DNA of 64,000 nucleotides, taken from the NCBI GenBank assembly GCA_051891395.1, contig JBJFFC010000003.1:40300-104299 (forward strand), in the 5' to 3' direction. Origin of the DNA: Clostridia bacterium (GTDB lineage Bacteria; Bacillota; Clostridia; TANB77; CAG-508). Under the pieces are notes generated by a model, which saw nothing but the letters and a program-made list of their open reading frames with translations, searched no databases and was not told the origin of the DNA. Made by a program: the position numbers and the translations under genes. Positions 1-9,741 of this stretch are shown here, in pieces (the stretch's first letter is position 1; every line of letters begins with the position of its first letter).

Positions 1-56
1 ATTTATTTTTCATATTTAATGATATCCCTTCTCTAAATTTCTTACTTTCCTATTAT

Positions 57-85
57 ATAAATAAAGTTGGCACCAAAGCCAACTT
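57..85 (-). terminator. Putative intrinsic terminator after the GT2 gene
   Basis: Hairpin aagttggc / gccaactt (64-71, 78-85) immediately after the stop at 88; T-rich tract follows on the minus strand. Confidence 0.4.
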
Positions 86-87
86 CT

Positions 88-1335
88 TTAATTTCTTTCC
101 TCTTGCAATCCCGCATCTGCAATTTTAATATTTCTAACATGATTAATTTTTTCCCAAGTAGTTTCTCTTTTAACCAAACATTTAAGGTTTATTAATATCC
201 AAGAACCCATAAATAATGGATAGCATGCTAAGCCCTTAAGCATTGGTTTGATTGGTCTTTTATCTAAATACATAGCAATTACAGCTGTTCCGATTGGTAA
301 TAGAAAAGTTGGAATTAAGTATCTTAATATATTTATAATCAACTCCGTTTGGGTCATTCCATTGCCTGCATACATCAAGAAGTTCGTTCCAAGTAATAGT
401 AATGTTATAATAAATAATGGTATACTTCCTACAATATATAAAAATCCGTCAAAATTCATCATTGTTTTATTTTCTTTTGTAGCTATTACCAATGATTTTG
501 TATATTCTTTCATACATTGCATATGTCCTACTGTCCATCTGCTTCTTTGAGACCAACTTTGTTTAAATCCTACTGGTTGTTCATCATAACAAATAGCGTC
601 TGTTGCCCAGCCTAATCTTTTTCCTTTTATGATTCTTTTAAGCGAGAATTCAATATCTTCTGTTAATGTTACTGTATCCCATCCTTGGGGTTTTACTATA
701 TCGAATTTAACCATAAATCCTGTACCATTTAATAATGGTGATAATCCTAAATTATATCTTGCTAAATGATAAAATCTATGCATCGTCCAATAAAAAAGTG
801 CATATCCTGCTGTAATCCAACTATCTGTTGGATTTTTAATATCTCTATACCCTTGTACCACATCTTCTCCTTGGCACAATTTTTTATTCATATTTTTAAT
901 AAAGTCTGGATGCACAATATTATCTGCATCAAATACAAAAAAAGCATCGTAAGGCGCATCTTCTTCTATTTTTTGCTTTAAAAACCAATCTAAAGCATAT
1001 CCTTTTGTCTTTTTTGAATTATTAAATCTTTCATAAACAATGGCACCTGCTTCTTTTGCTACTTTTGCTGTGTTATCGGTACAATTATCTGCAATCACAT
1101 ATATATCATACAAATCTTTATTATAGTTTTGATTTTTTAGGCTTTCAATCAAATTTCCAACAACTGCTTCTTCATTATGGGCTGGTACAATCGCCATAAA
1201 TCTATGATCTTTTTTTACTTTTAATGGTTTATCCTTGATTTTTACCAACGAACATAAACTTACCACCACTTGATATAACCAAAATATTGTTATAACCCAT
1301 ACTAAAGCTTCTCTTAGTATATATAAATAATCCAT
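88..1335 (-). CDS. Family 2 glycosyltransferase, membrane-embedded processive type
   Basis: 415-aa ORF with GT2 motifs AIVPAHNEE, IADNCTDNT, FDADN, TEDIEFS and QRSRW (QxxRW), then C-terminal TM helices; RBS gagagg before the ATG. Confidence 0.8.
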   Translation of the reverse strand: MDYLYILREALVWVITIFWLYQVVVSLCSLVKIKDKPLKVKKDHRFMAIVPAHNEEAVVGNLIESLKNQNYNKDLYDIYVIADNCTDNTAKVAKEAGAIVYERFNNSKKTKGYALDWFLKQKIEEDAPYDAFFVFDADNIVHPDFIKNMNKKLCQGEDVVQGYRDIKNPTDSWITAGYALFYWTMHRFYHLARYNLGLSPLLNGTGFMVKFDIVKPQGWDTVTLTEDIEFSLKRIIKGKRLGWATDAICYDEQPVGFKQSWSQRSRWTVGHMQCMKEYTKSLVIATKENKTMMNFDGFLYIVGSIPLFIITLLLLGTNFLMYAGNGMTQTELIINILRYLIPTFLLPIGTAVIAMYLDKRPIKPMLKGLACYPLFMGSWILINLKCLVKRETTWEKINHVRNIKIADAGLQEERN

Positions 1336-1498
1336 TTTTTTACCTCTCTTTTTAATAATATCTTTTTAATATTATTATGCTACATATAATATTATACTAT
1401 GATTGACAAATTAATGCAATATTTTCCTGTTAATTTTGTTAACTTTTTTCATTTTTATTGCATACTTTTATTATAAATAAATGTATTGGAGGTATATC

Positions 1499-2491
1499 AT
1501 GAGAGGAAAATATAAAGTTGCAATTGTCGGTAGTAGTGGCTTAGTTGGTAGAACTGTTCTAAAAATTTTAGAAGAAAGAAATCTTTCTAATGTTATCTAT
1601 ACTCTTCTCTCTTCCAAAAATTCTGCCGGAAAAAAAATAAAATTTTTAGGTGAAGACTATATTTTCTGTGAGTTAGATGAAAATTCTTTTAATCTTCATT
1701 TTGATTATGCTATTTTTTGTGCTGGAGGAGAAGTTTCTAAAAAATATGCTCCGATTGCAGTTTCTAAAGGATGCATTGTCATTGATAATAGTAGTATGTT
1801 TAGAATGGATAAAAATGTTCCATTAGTAGTTCCTGAGGTAAATCCAGATGAAATATTCAAAAATCAAGGTATTATTGCTAATCCAAATTGTTCTACCATT
1901 CAAGCAGTACTTCCTTTAAAAGCTTTGGATACTGCTTATGGAATCAAAAGAATTATTTATTCTACTTATCAAGCTGTTTCCGGTTCAGGTAGATATGGAA
2001 TTGATGACTTAGAAAACAAATCTTACGGTGACAATCTAAAAAAATTCCCTCACCCTATTTATAATAATTGTATTCCACATATTGATGTTTTTATGGATGA
2101 TGGTTATACAAAAGAAGAACATAAAATGATAAATGAGACTAGAAAAATTTTAAATAAACCCGATTTACCAATTACAGCTACGGCTGTTAGGGTTCCTGTT
2201 GTTAATTGTCATAGTGAATCCATTAATGTTGAATTCGAAAAAGATTTTGATTTATATGATGTTAGAATGTTACTTCAAAATTTTCCAGGTATTATTGTTG
2301 CAGATAATTTAGAAAAAAATCAATATCCAATTGCTACTCGAGTAAATGGAAATGACGAGGTTTTTGTTGGAAGAATCAGAAGGGATAATAGTGTTCCATA
2401 TGGTCTTAATTTATGGGTTGTAGCCGACAACTTAAGAAAGGGAGCTGCTACAAACGCAATTCAAATCCTAGAAAAATTAATCCAAAGCTAA
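1499..2491 (+). CDS. asd: Aspartate-semialdehyde dehydrogenase
   Basis: KVAIVGSSGLVGR Rossmann N-terminus, NPNCSTIQ active-site Cys motif, full-length Asd-like ORF; start moved to ATG 1499 behind ggagg RBS. Confidence 0.9.
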   Translation: MRGKYKVAIVGSSGLVGRTVLKILEERNLSNVIYTLLSSKNSAGKKIKFLGEDYIFCELDENSFNLHFDYAIFCAGGEVSKKYAPIAVSKGCIVIDNSSMFRMDKNVPLVVPEVNPDEIFKNQGIIANPNCSTIQAVLPLKALDTAYGIKRIIYSTYQAVSGSGRYGIDDLENKSYGDNLKKFPHPIYNNCIPHIDVFMDDGYTKEEHKMINETRKILNKPDLPITATAVRVPVVNCHSESINVEFEKDFDLYDVRMLLQNFPGIIVADNLEKNQYPIATRVNGNDEVFVGRIRRDNSVPYGLNLWVVADNLRKGAATNAIQILEKLIQS

Positions 2492-2555
2492 ATTTGCATT
2501 ATCATCTTACTTATGTTATACTAAAAAGGAAGTACATAAGAGTTAAGAGGTTTAT

Positions 2556-3092
2556 ATGAAACAATATATAGAAGATTTAATAAAAGAAGATAACGATTTT
2601 AGCGATATTATTCGTCCCTTAATAGAAAATGAAACTGTTCTGCAAATGAAAAATTTTAGGCAACATTATGAGACTACTTGTTTTGATCATTGCCTCACTG
2701 CTGCCTATTATTGTTATTGCATTTGTAAAAAATACCATTTAGATTATAAATCGGCTACTAGAGCTGCTATGCTTCATGATTTGTTCTTATATGATTGGAG
2801 AGAAAGACAACCGGATCGAAAAGGTCTTCATGCCTTTACTCATGGAAAAACTGCTTGTGAAAATGCTTGCAAGTTATTTAATCTAAATGATAAAGAAAAG
2901 GATATTATAATAAAACATATGTGGCCTGTTACGATAGCTTTTCCAAAATCTTTCGAAGGATTTGTATTAACTTTTGTTGATAAATACTGTGCTATGTCCG
3001 AATCATTTGAAATTCTAAAATCTAGATTATTTACGAAAAAATCTTTTCGCTATGCTTATATATTCTTAAGTATGATTATCATTAAAATTTGA
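2556..3092 (+). CDS. HD-domain phosphohydrolase
   Basis: 178-aa ORF, H...HD metal-binding pattern (FDHCLTAAYY ... AAMLHDLFLYDW); RBS aagagg. Confidence 0.7.
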   Translation: MKQYIEDLIKEDNDFSDIIRPLIENETVLQMKNFRQHYETTCFDHCLTAAYYCYCICKKYHLDYKSATRAAMLHDLFLYDWRERQPDRKGLHAFTHGKTACENACKLFNLNDKEKDIIIKHMWPVTIAFPKSFEGFVLTFVDKYCAMSESFEILKSRLFTKKSFRYAYIFLSMIIIKI

Positions 3093-3134
3093 GCCAAGGG
3101 GCAATTGGGGACGGTTCCTCTTTGCTCCTATTTT
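3091..3134 (+). terminator. Hairpin terminator between convergent genes; loop carries a GGGGACGGTTCC motif
   Basis: gagccaagggg (3091-3101) pairs with cctctttgctc (3117-3127), followed by ctatttt; loop resembles the GGGGACAGGTC repeat core. Confidence 0.45.
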
Positions 3135-3466
3135 GATGTTGATACCCATCTTACCATTTTAATATCTTTATATTTTTTCAAGACTTCTTTATATTTATCA
3201 TATTCTTCTTCCCACAATTCATCTGGAACATTATCAAAAGCTTTAAATATCTTTTCTGCTTCCGACAAGTAGATCACCTGCTCCTGTGGTGACATATTCT
3301 CGTATTGTCTAGCAAATTTATATAATTTATCCAACATTTGGTTTGCTTCAATAAATGACCAAAAATCTTTTACCTTCATTCCAAATAGTTTTATTTGTAA
3401 CACTGCATATGCTACTAATGCAAATATTATAAATATTAATATATATATTATCGTAAGTATTGCCAT
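3128..3466 (-). CDS. Hypothetical membrane-anchored protein
   Basis: 112-aa ORF, N-terminal TM helix ILTIIYILIFIIFALVAYAVL, strong RBS aggagg; no recognisable family. Confidence 0.5.
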   Translation of the reverse strand: MAILTIIYILIFIIFALVAYAVLQIKLFGMKVKDFWSFIEANQMLDKLYKFARQYENMSPQEQVIYLSEAEKIFKAFDNVPDELWEEEYDKYKEVLKKYKDIKMVRWVSTSK

Positions 3467-3572
3467 TTTTCCTCCTCTTTAAAGTTTTCACTTTTGTACT
3501 TTTCAATTATAGCACTTATTACTTTTTTTTGCAATCATTTCTTTTATTGCTATTTATTATTTCTAACAGCTG

Positions 3573-3581
3573 TGTTATAAT
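3573..3581 (+). promoter_or_regulatory. Extended -10 promoter element upstream of the CDF transporter
   Basis: tgtTATAAT (TGnTATAAT) 24 nt upstream of ATG 3605; no good -35 hexamer. Confidence 0.35.
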
Positions 3582-3604
3582 CATAAAATGTAATTAAGGA
3601 GAAG

Positions 3605-4489
3605 ATGAATATGGAAGAAAAATTTGTAGCCACAAAAAAGGCAGGAATTTATGGAATTATTGGAAATATATTTTTATTAATGATAAAAGCAACAATCGGA
3701 TTTATAAGCAAGAGTCAAGCTATGATTGCAGATAGTGTTAATAGTGCAGGTGATATCTTTGCTTCTTTAATGACTTTTATAGGTAATAGAATTGCAAGTG
3801 CACCAAATGATGAAGATCATAACTTAGGTCATGGTAAAGCTGAATATATATTTTCTATGTTTATTAGTATCGCTATGATCTTAGTTTCTGCTAAGTTATT
3901 ATTTGACTCTATTTCAACTTTAATAGTAGGTAGTGAACTTCATTTTTCTTGGTTTCTTGTTGCTGTTTGCATTGCTACTATCATTACTAAATTGTGTTTA
4001 TACTTATACACTTTAAAAACTTATAAAAAATATAATAGTATTTTATTAGAAGCCAATATGAAAGATCATAGAAATGATTGTATTGTAACTACTTTCACAT
4101 TAATTTCAGTACTTCTTACATTGGTTGGCATTTATTGGTTTGATAGTATTGTAGGTATTGGTATTTCTATTTGGATTTGCTATACTGGTGTCACCATTTT
4201 TATGGAAAGCTATAATGTTTTGATGGATATTAGTGTAGATGATAAAACCAAAGCCTTGATTATGGATATTGCTCATAGTTATAAAGAAATAGAAAAAGTA
4301 GAAGATATTGTTTCTACTCCTGTTGGTGATAAATATTTAGTTTTTATCACTATTGGTGTTGATGGAAATATGTCTACTTTTGATAGTCATAAATTGGCTG
4401 ATGATTTAGAGGTTACGGTTAATGGTTTGGATAAAATATACAAAACGGTGGTTCATGTCGAACCAATAAAAATAGGTAAGAAAGTATAA
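3605..4489 (+). CDS. Cation diffusion facilitator family transporter
   Basis: 294 aa, six TM segments, CDF signature ADSVNSAGDIFAS and HGKAEY, C-terminal cytoplasmic domain; ATG at 3611 is an alternative start. Confidence 0.85.
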   Translation: MNMEEKFVATKKAGIYGIIGNIFLLMIKATIGFISKSQAMIADSVNSAGDIFASLMTFIGNRIASAPNDEDHNLGHGKAEYIFSMFISIAMILVSAKLLFDSISTLIVGSELHFSWFLVAVCIATIITKLCLYLYTLKTYKKYNSILLEANMKDHRNDCIVTTFTLISVLLTLVGIYWFDSIVGIGISIWICYTGVTIFMESYNVLMDISVDDKTKALIMDIAHSYKEIEKVEDIVSTPVGDKYLVFITIGVDGNMSTFDSHKLADDLEVTVNGLDKIYKTVVHVEPIKIGKKV

Positions 4490-4518
4490 ATTTCTTACCT
4501 ATTTTTATTATTTTTTCC

Positions 4519-5844
4519 TTAATTAGGTCCATTTGAAGATGGCATTTCATGTTCTGCTTCTGCAGAAGCTTCCATTTCTTCTTCTACTTGGTTCATTATT
4601 TCTTCTTCATCAAGCTCTTCATTATTTTTCATTTTTTCCTCAATATGTCTTTTTACATCATTATAATTATATACATTTGAAATCTCATCATTTTCTAAAA
4701 TTTGTTTTATCATATCATCGATATGATTATGTGACTTTGTTGTCATATCACCATCAATATCTTTTTCGTCCATTTTATCACAATCTGGATTATTTTCATT
4801 ATGCTTTTCTGCTTCTTTGTAACTATTTTCTGAATTATATACTCCCTTATAATGTCCCATAGCAGCTTTTCTCGTTTCTGTATCTGTTGCAAATGTTGTC
4901 TGATTACCTCTCATTTCAGTACTAACTAAATCATTCGTGTTTGGACTATATTTTCCAATATTAACCTCCAAATTATCACCTTGGTCTTTATCTAATTGAA
5001 TAATCTTATTTCCAATTCTGTATTCAGATAATACAGCATCCTTTTCTACTTCCCCATTTGTATTAATTTGATATTGGGTTTTAATTGGATTATTCCCCGA
5101 ACTATGATTTTGTTCTAATTGAGGTATATATTTCTTTAATGGCTCTACTCTTCCATCTTTTCCAATGACGACTAAAGCAAAACGAGTTGATGAATTATCG
5201 ATTACCCTACCTTTGTCATCTTTCATTTTTGACATTTCATCAGATTCTATTACTCCAATTTTTTGAATGTCATCTGGCAATTTTCCTCCTATCCATCTTT
5301 TAAAGTCTTGTACATCATTTGCCCTCTCACCTAAACCAATTTCTTGTTTAATGTTTACATCTTTTTTGGTAACTTTAGGAGTGGAAGTATTGGGATTGTT
5401 TGATTTTATTGGTTCTTTTGTTCTCTTTTTCTGACTTTCTTTCTCTTTTTCTTTATTGTTTCTTTCTTCTTTCTTTTTTTCTCTTTCTAAATCCATTACA
5501 ACAATATTTCTTACTCTTTCTCTGTCTACTCCTATTTCTCTCATATATCCATCAAGAGCTTTATTTTCTTTTGCTTCTGCATCAATGTCTTTTATATCTA
5601 TTTGTTCTATATTATCTTTTACTTCATCTATAACTTGCCTAATGTCGTCCTTTATTTCTGCACTGAGCTCATTGTCAATTGTATTATTTCTTTCTAAATC
5701 AATCTTTAGAAATTTACTATCTTTCATAGTATTGGGAGCATATACTCCTATAAGAATACCATCTGTGTAATATTCATACACACCTTTTTCATTCATTTCA
5801 ACATTTACTTTGATATATCTTCCATCCTTCAAATCTATTCTCAT
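4519..5844 (-). CDS. Hypothetical highly charged protein
   Basis: 441-aa ORF, K/E/D/N rich, no signal peptide or recognisable motif; aggag RBS; 12 nt downstream of rimO. Confidence 0.5.
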   Translation of the reverse strand: MRIDLKDGRYIKVNVEMNEKGVYEYYTDGILIGVYAPNTMKDSKFLKIDLERNNTIDNELSAEIKDDIRQVIDEVKDNIEQIDIKDIDAEAKENKALDGYMREIGVDRERVRNIVVMDLEREKKKEERNNKEKEKESQKKRTKEPIKSNNPNTSTPKVTKKDVNIKQEIGLGERANDVQDFKRWIGGKLPDDIQKIGVIESDEMSKMKDDKGRVIDNSSTRFALVVIGKDGRVEPLKKYIPQLEQNHSSGNNPIKTQYQINTNGEVEKDAVLSEYRIGNKIIQLDKDQGDNLEVNIGKYSPNTNDLVSTEMRGNQTTFATDTETRKAAMGHYKGVYNSENSYKEAEKHNENNPDCDKMDEKDIDGDMTTKSHNHIDDMIKQILENDEISNVYNYNDVKRHIEEKMKNNEELDEEEIMNQVEEEMEASAEAEHEMPSSNGPN

Positions 5845-5855
5845 ATAACCATCTC

Positions 5856-7223
5856 CTATTTAAAATTTGCTATCAAGTCATATTCACTTACGTCCGTTAT
5901 TCTACATCTTTTAAATTGATTTATAATATTTACTGTTTTATCTATCTTATTGTTTTTAACATAAACAATTCCATCAATTTCTGGAACATCTTGCATGGTT
6001 CTTCCGATGTAATATTTTTTGTCAAAAGAAATATCTTCTATTAAAACTTCATATTCTCTTCCTATCTTCTTTTCAAGATTTTCTCTGGAAATAATTTGTT
6101 GCTTTTGCATTATCTTATTATATCTTGATTTCTTTGTATTTCCATGTATTTGATTTGGCAATTTAGCAGCTGGCGTTCCATCTTCTTTGGAATACGGAAA
6201 AACTCCTAATTTATCAAATTTCGCCCATTCCACAAATTCTAGTAATTCTTCAAACTCCTCCTTGGTTTCTCCGGGAAAGCCAACAATTAAACTTGTTCGT
6301 AAAATAACTTCTGGCATCTTATTTCTAATTCTATTAATTAAATTGATAATATCTTTCTTACTTGTCTTTCTATTCATTTTTTTCAAAATACTATCTGATA
6401 TATGTTGAATTGGTATATCAAAATATTTTGCTATTTTTTTATTATTTGCTACAACTTCTATTAGCTCATCTGTAATTCCTTCTGGATAAGCATATAAAAA
6501 TCGAATCCATTTAATTCCTTCTATTTTGGTTAGCTTTTCTAGTAAATCTGCTAACTTACTTTCTCCATATATGTCGATTCCGTATTTGGTTGTATCTTGT
6601 GCTATTAAAATTAATTCTTTTATTCCTTTTTTACTAAGCTCTTTTGCTTCTTCTAATATTTCTTCTTCTCTTCTACTAACAAAAGGACCTCTTATATAAG
6701 GAATTGCACAATAGGTACAATTATTACTGCAGCCTTCTCCAATTTTTAGGTAAGCAAAATTGGCACCTGTTGTAACTGTTCTGTCTAAAAATTCTTCTTG
6801 CTCAAACATCGGCATTTGTGGAATCTCAGTTATCTTTTTTATCGTTTTCGTTTTTGATTTCTCTACTATATCTCTTTTTATTAAGTCTTCTACTTTGTCC
6901 CATAAATGGTCATATTCATCTATTTTTATGAACAAATTCACTTCTGGAAGTAGCTTTACTAAATCATCATAATATCTTTGCACTAAGCATCCCATTACAA
7001 TTAAATATTTGCATCTCTTTTTCTTATATTCTGCCATTTCTAAAATTGTATTAATTGCTTCTTCTTTAGCTGAATCGATAAAACCACATGTGTTAATTAC
7101 AATGATATCTGCTTTCGACTCCTCATTTACTATTGTAAAATTATTTTTCTTGAATTTCCCAATTGCCGCTTCTGTATCAATTAAATTTTTACTACATCCT
7201 AGTGACACAAATCCTACGTTCAT
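5856..7223 (-). CDS. rimO: Ribosomal protein S12 methylthiotransferase RimO
   Basis: MNVGFVSLGCSKNLIDTE N-terminus, radical-SAM CSNNCTYC, C-terminal TRAM region; start set at Met9 of the ORF behind aggaagga RBS (upstream codons belong to a repeat). Confidence 0.9.
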   Translation of the reverse strand: MNVGFVSLGCSKNLIDTEAAIGKFKKNNFTIVNEESKADIIVINTCGFIDSAKEEAINTILEMAEYKKKRCKYLIVMGCLVQRYYDDLVKLLPEVNLFIKIDEYDHLWDKVEDLIKRDIVEKSKTKTIKKITEIPQMPMFEQEEFLDRTVTTGANFAYLKIGEGCSNNCTYCAIPYIRGPFVSRREEEILEEAKELSKKGIKELILIAQDTTKYGIDIYGESKLADLLEKLTKIEGIKWIRFLYAYPEGITDELIEVVANNKKIAKYFDIPIQHISDSILKKMNRKTSKKDIINLINRIRNKMPEVILRTSLIVGFPGETKEEFEELLEFVEWAKFDKLGVFPYSKEDGTPAAKLPNQIHGNTKKSRYNKIMQKQQIISRENLEKKIGREYEVLIEDISFDKKYYIGRTMQDVPEIDGIVYVKNNKIDKTVNIINQFKRCRITDVSEYDLIANFK

Positions 7224-7239
7224 TTTTTCTTCCTTCCTA

Positions 7240-7357
7240 TGAGACAAGAGGGACAGGTCTTTAAATGTCTCATAATTTTGTCGTCTTTATAAGAAACGTT
7301 TTTCGACATTATTCTACCGTATGTATGGGACATTTAAGACCTGTCCCTCTTGTCTCA
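7240..7357. repeat. Family A 118-bp TIR element (full copy 1)
   Basis: tgagacaagagggacaggtct (7240-7260) and its exact reverse complement agacctgtccctcttgtctca (7337-7357); internal TTTTGTCG / TTTTCGAC motifs; second full copy at 53315-53432. Confidence 0.85.
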
Positions 7358-8452
7358 TTCTTTATGGCTACAAATATGTTTTCTTGTCATTTCCATTAAA
7401 TCCAATTTAGTAAAGCCTTCTACTTGTGTTTTAGTTCTATCCTTTTTTAATTCTTCTTTTAATAAATTCTCTATTGCTTCTCTGTCTTCTTGACTCTTCA
7501 TATCAATATAATCAATAATAATAATTCCGCCAATGTCCCTTAATCTTAATTGTTTTGCAATTTCTACTGTTGCTTCTTGATTCACTTTAAAAACTGTTTG
7601 CTCTAAACTTTTATTTCCTGTGTATTTTCCTGTATTTACATCAATCGCTGTTAATGCCTCTGTCTTATCAATGGTAATAAATCCTCCACATTTAAGCCAT
7701 ATTTTTCTATTTTGTACTTTTTCTATTTGCTTATCAATATCATATTTATGAAAAGCATCTTTTTCTTCTATTATTTTTACTTCTCTTTCTGTTAAATCCA
7801 TTAATATTTTTTCTATAATATCTTCACTTTTATATAGTAATTTCGCTTTGTTAAGTTTAGGATTTATACTTGTTTGAATGATTTTATTCCATTTACCTTC
7901 TATATGTTTTATGTCTTCTATCACTTCTTTATCTTTTCCTTGTGCAGAAGTCCTTATGATTGCTCCATTTCCCTTTGATAGATTATCCTTTACTAGTTTT
8001 ATTAGTCTTTCTTGTTCCTTTTCATCCTCAATCTTTTGAGAAATAGTAATTATATCTGTGTTAGGCATAAGTACAACATATTTACTTGGTAAATTCATAT
8101 GAGTTGATACTCTTGCCCCTTTTTTTTCATTACTATCTTTCTTTACTTGCACTAGGATTTTTTGGTTTGGCTGTATGATATCTGAAATATCAATATTACT
8201 ATCTTGTTGCTCTTTTGTTTGGTCTATTTTGGGTAAAATATCTTTCAAATGTATAAAACTATTCTTTTCTGTGCCAATATCTACAAATGCGGATTGCATT
8301 CCTTTTATAATGTCTTTTACAATCCCAATGTATATATTTCCTTCTCTTCTATGTGTATTTTCATCTTCTTCATAATACTCAATTAATTTTCCATTTTCTA
8401 CTAAAGCTATTTGTTTTTTTTCATCGCTTTTTTGTATTAATAATTCTGTCAT
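7355..8452 (-). CDS. rng: Rne/Rng-family ribonuclease (RNase G-like), apparently C-terminally truncated
   Basis: S1 domain GNIYIGIVKDIIKGMQSAFVDIG, catalytic region ITIDKTEALTAIDVN and IIIIDYIDM; ORF ends at ...MEMTRKHICSHKE with the TGA inside the repeat end. Confidence 0.8.
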   Translation of the reverse strand: MTELLIQKSDEKKQIALVENGKLIEYYEEDENTHRREGNIYIGIVKDIIKGMQSAFVDIGTEKNSFIHLKDILPKIDQTKEQQDSNIDISDIIQPNQKILVQVKKDSNEKKGARVSTHMNLPSKYVVLMPNTDIITISQKIEDEKEQERLIKLVKDNLSKGNGAIIRTSAQGKDKEVIEDIKHIEGKWNKIIQTSINPKLNKAKLLYKSEDIIEKILMDLTEREVKIIEEKDAFHKYDIDKQIEKVQNRKIWLKCGGFITIDKTEALTAIDVNTGKYTGNKSLEQTVFKVNQEATVEIAKQLRLRDIGGIIIIDYIDMKSQEDREAIENLLKEELKKDRTKTQVEGFTKLDLMEMTRKHICSHKE

Positions 8453-8475
8453 TTTTACCTTCCTTTTTTGTATTT

Positions 8476-9033
8476 TTAATTCAATTTATTCATAGCATTA
8501 TCTACACCACTTTTGATAATTTCTACAATTGCATTTTTAGCAAGTGTTGTAGCTTTGTCCAATATTTTTCTTTCTTCTTCTGGAACATAACCAATCACAT
8601 AATTTATTAAATCTGCTTTATGTTCTGGCATTCCAATTCCAACTCTAATTCGTGAAAAGTTTTTTGTGTTTAAATTTTGAATTACTGATTTCATTCCATT
8701 ATGTGTTCCTGGTCCCCCTGTTTTCCTAATTTTTATGATTCCAGGTTCTATATCAATATCATCATATACAATAATTAAATCTTTTTCTTCTATTTTATAA
8801 AAGTCTAAGCATTCTCTTATGCTTTCTCCACTTAAATTCATAAAAGTTTGAGGTTTTAGTAATATTACTTTCTCATTTTCTATTGTTCCGGTTCCATATA
8901 GTCCTTTAAATTTCTTTTTTGTTATTTCTATATGATATTGCTCTGCTAATTTATTTATGGTATCAAACCCCATATTATGTCTTGTGCCAGCATAGTCATT
9001 CTCTGGATTTCCTAATCCTACAATTAAATACAT
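8476..9033 (-). CDS. pth: Peptidyl-tRNA hydrolase
   Basis: MYLIVGLGNPENDYAGTRHNMGF, full-length 185 aa Pth pattern. Confidence 0.95.
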   Translation of the reverse strand: MYLIVGLGNPENDYAGTRHNMGFDTINKLAEQYHIEITKKKFKGLYGTGTIENEKVILLKPQTFMNLSGESIRECLDFYKIEEKDLIIVYDDIDIEPGIIKIRKTGGPGTHNGMKSVIQNLNTKNFSRIRVGIGMPEHKADLINYVIGYVPEEERKILDKATTLAKNAIVEIIKSGVDNAMNKLN

Positions 9034-9112
9034 TTCTTATCTCCTAATTTATATTACGATATTATTTATTTTACCTTGTTTTTCCCGTTTTTTCAAGTTT
9101 TTTTGAAAAATC

Positions 9113-9140
9113 AAATAAAAAAAGCATTCCTAAGAATGCT
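9113..9140 (-). terminator. Intrinsic terminator after spoVG
   Basis: agcattc-ctaa-gaatgct hairpin followed on the minus strand by a T run (A run 9113-9122 on plus). Confidence 0.55.
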
Positions 9141-9149
9141 TTTTATTTA

Positions 9150-9422
9150 TTATTCTGCTGATTCCTCTGTTTCTGGAGCTTCATAAGCTTCTAATATAGC
9201 TTTTTGAATTTTCTCTCTTGTTTCAGCATTGATTGGATGAGCTATATCTTTGAATTCTCCGTTTGGAGTTTTTCTGCTAGGCATAGCTATAAATAATCCA
9301 TTTTGGCTTTCGATAACTTTAATATCGTGAACTGCGAATTCATTATCGAATGTTACAGAAGCAACAGCTTTCATTCTGTTCTCTGAATTTACTTTTCTTA
9401 AACGTACATCTGTAATTTGCAT
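9150..9422 (-). CDS. spoVG: Septation/sporulation protein SpoVG
   Basis: [38 protein letters not shown]..., near-colinear with B. subtilis SpoVG; start set at MQITDV rather than the upstream GTG. Confidence 0.95.
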   Translation of the reverse strand: MQITDVRLRKVNSENRMKAVASVTFDNEFAVHDIKVIESQNGLFIAMPSRKTPNGEFKDIAHPINAETREKIQKAILEAYEAPETEESAE

Positions 9423-9681
9423 CTTTAAGTGCACCTACCTTCCTTAAGTTTTAAATATATTTTGTACATATTCGTTTAATCTTATGTACATTTATATTAT
9501 TCTTCAAAAAAAATGTTTTTCCTTCTTTTTTTTACAAAAATTAAAATTTTATTTTTTTCTTTTTTACAAAAGTAACATTTTCACTTATTTTTTCATATAT
9601 TGCACTGTAATAGTTCAAACTAAAATTTACATAGTAGTCCAAAGGATGATATATACCACACTATATTTTTTTCATAAACTA

Positions 9682-9710
9682 TTGAAATTTTACAGATATA
9701 ATTATATAAT
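9682..9710 (+). promoter_or_regulatory. Sigma-A type promoter for murC
   Basis: TTGAAA (9682-9687), 17-nt spacer, TATAAT (9705-9710), 31 nt upstream of the murC ATG. Confidence 0.55.
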
Positions 9711-9741
9711 TTGTTCTATATAAGAGGAGTGTGCGAGAAAA

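Noticed and set aside
1336-1498. Lysine riboswitch or T-box upstream of asd, preQ1 riboswitch near tgt/queA, THF riboswitch near folA
   Set aside because: The leaders are too short (about 20-160 nt) and lack the conserved cores I can recognise by eye.
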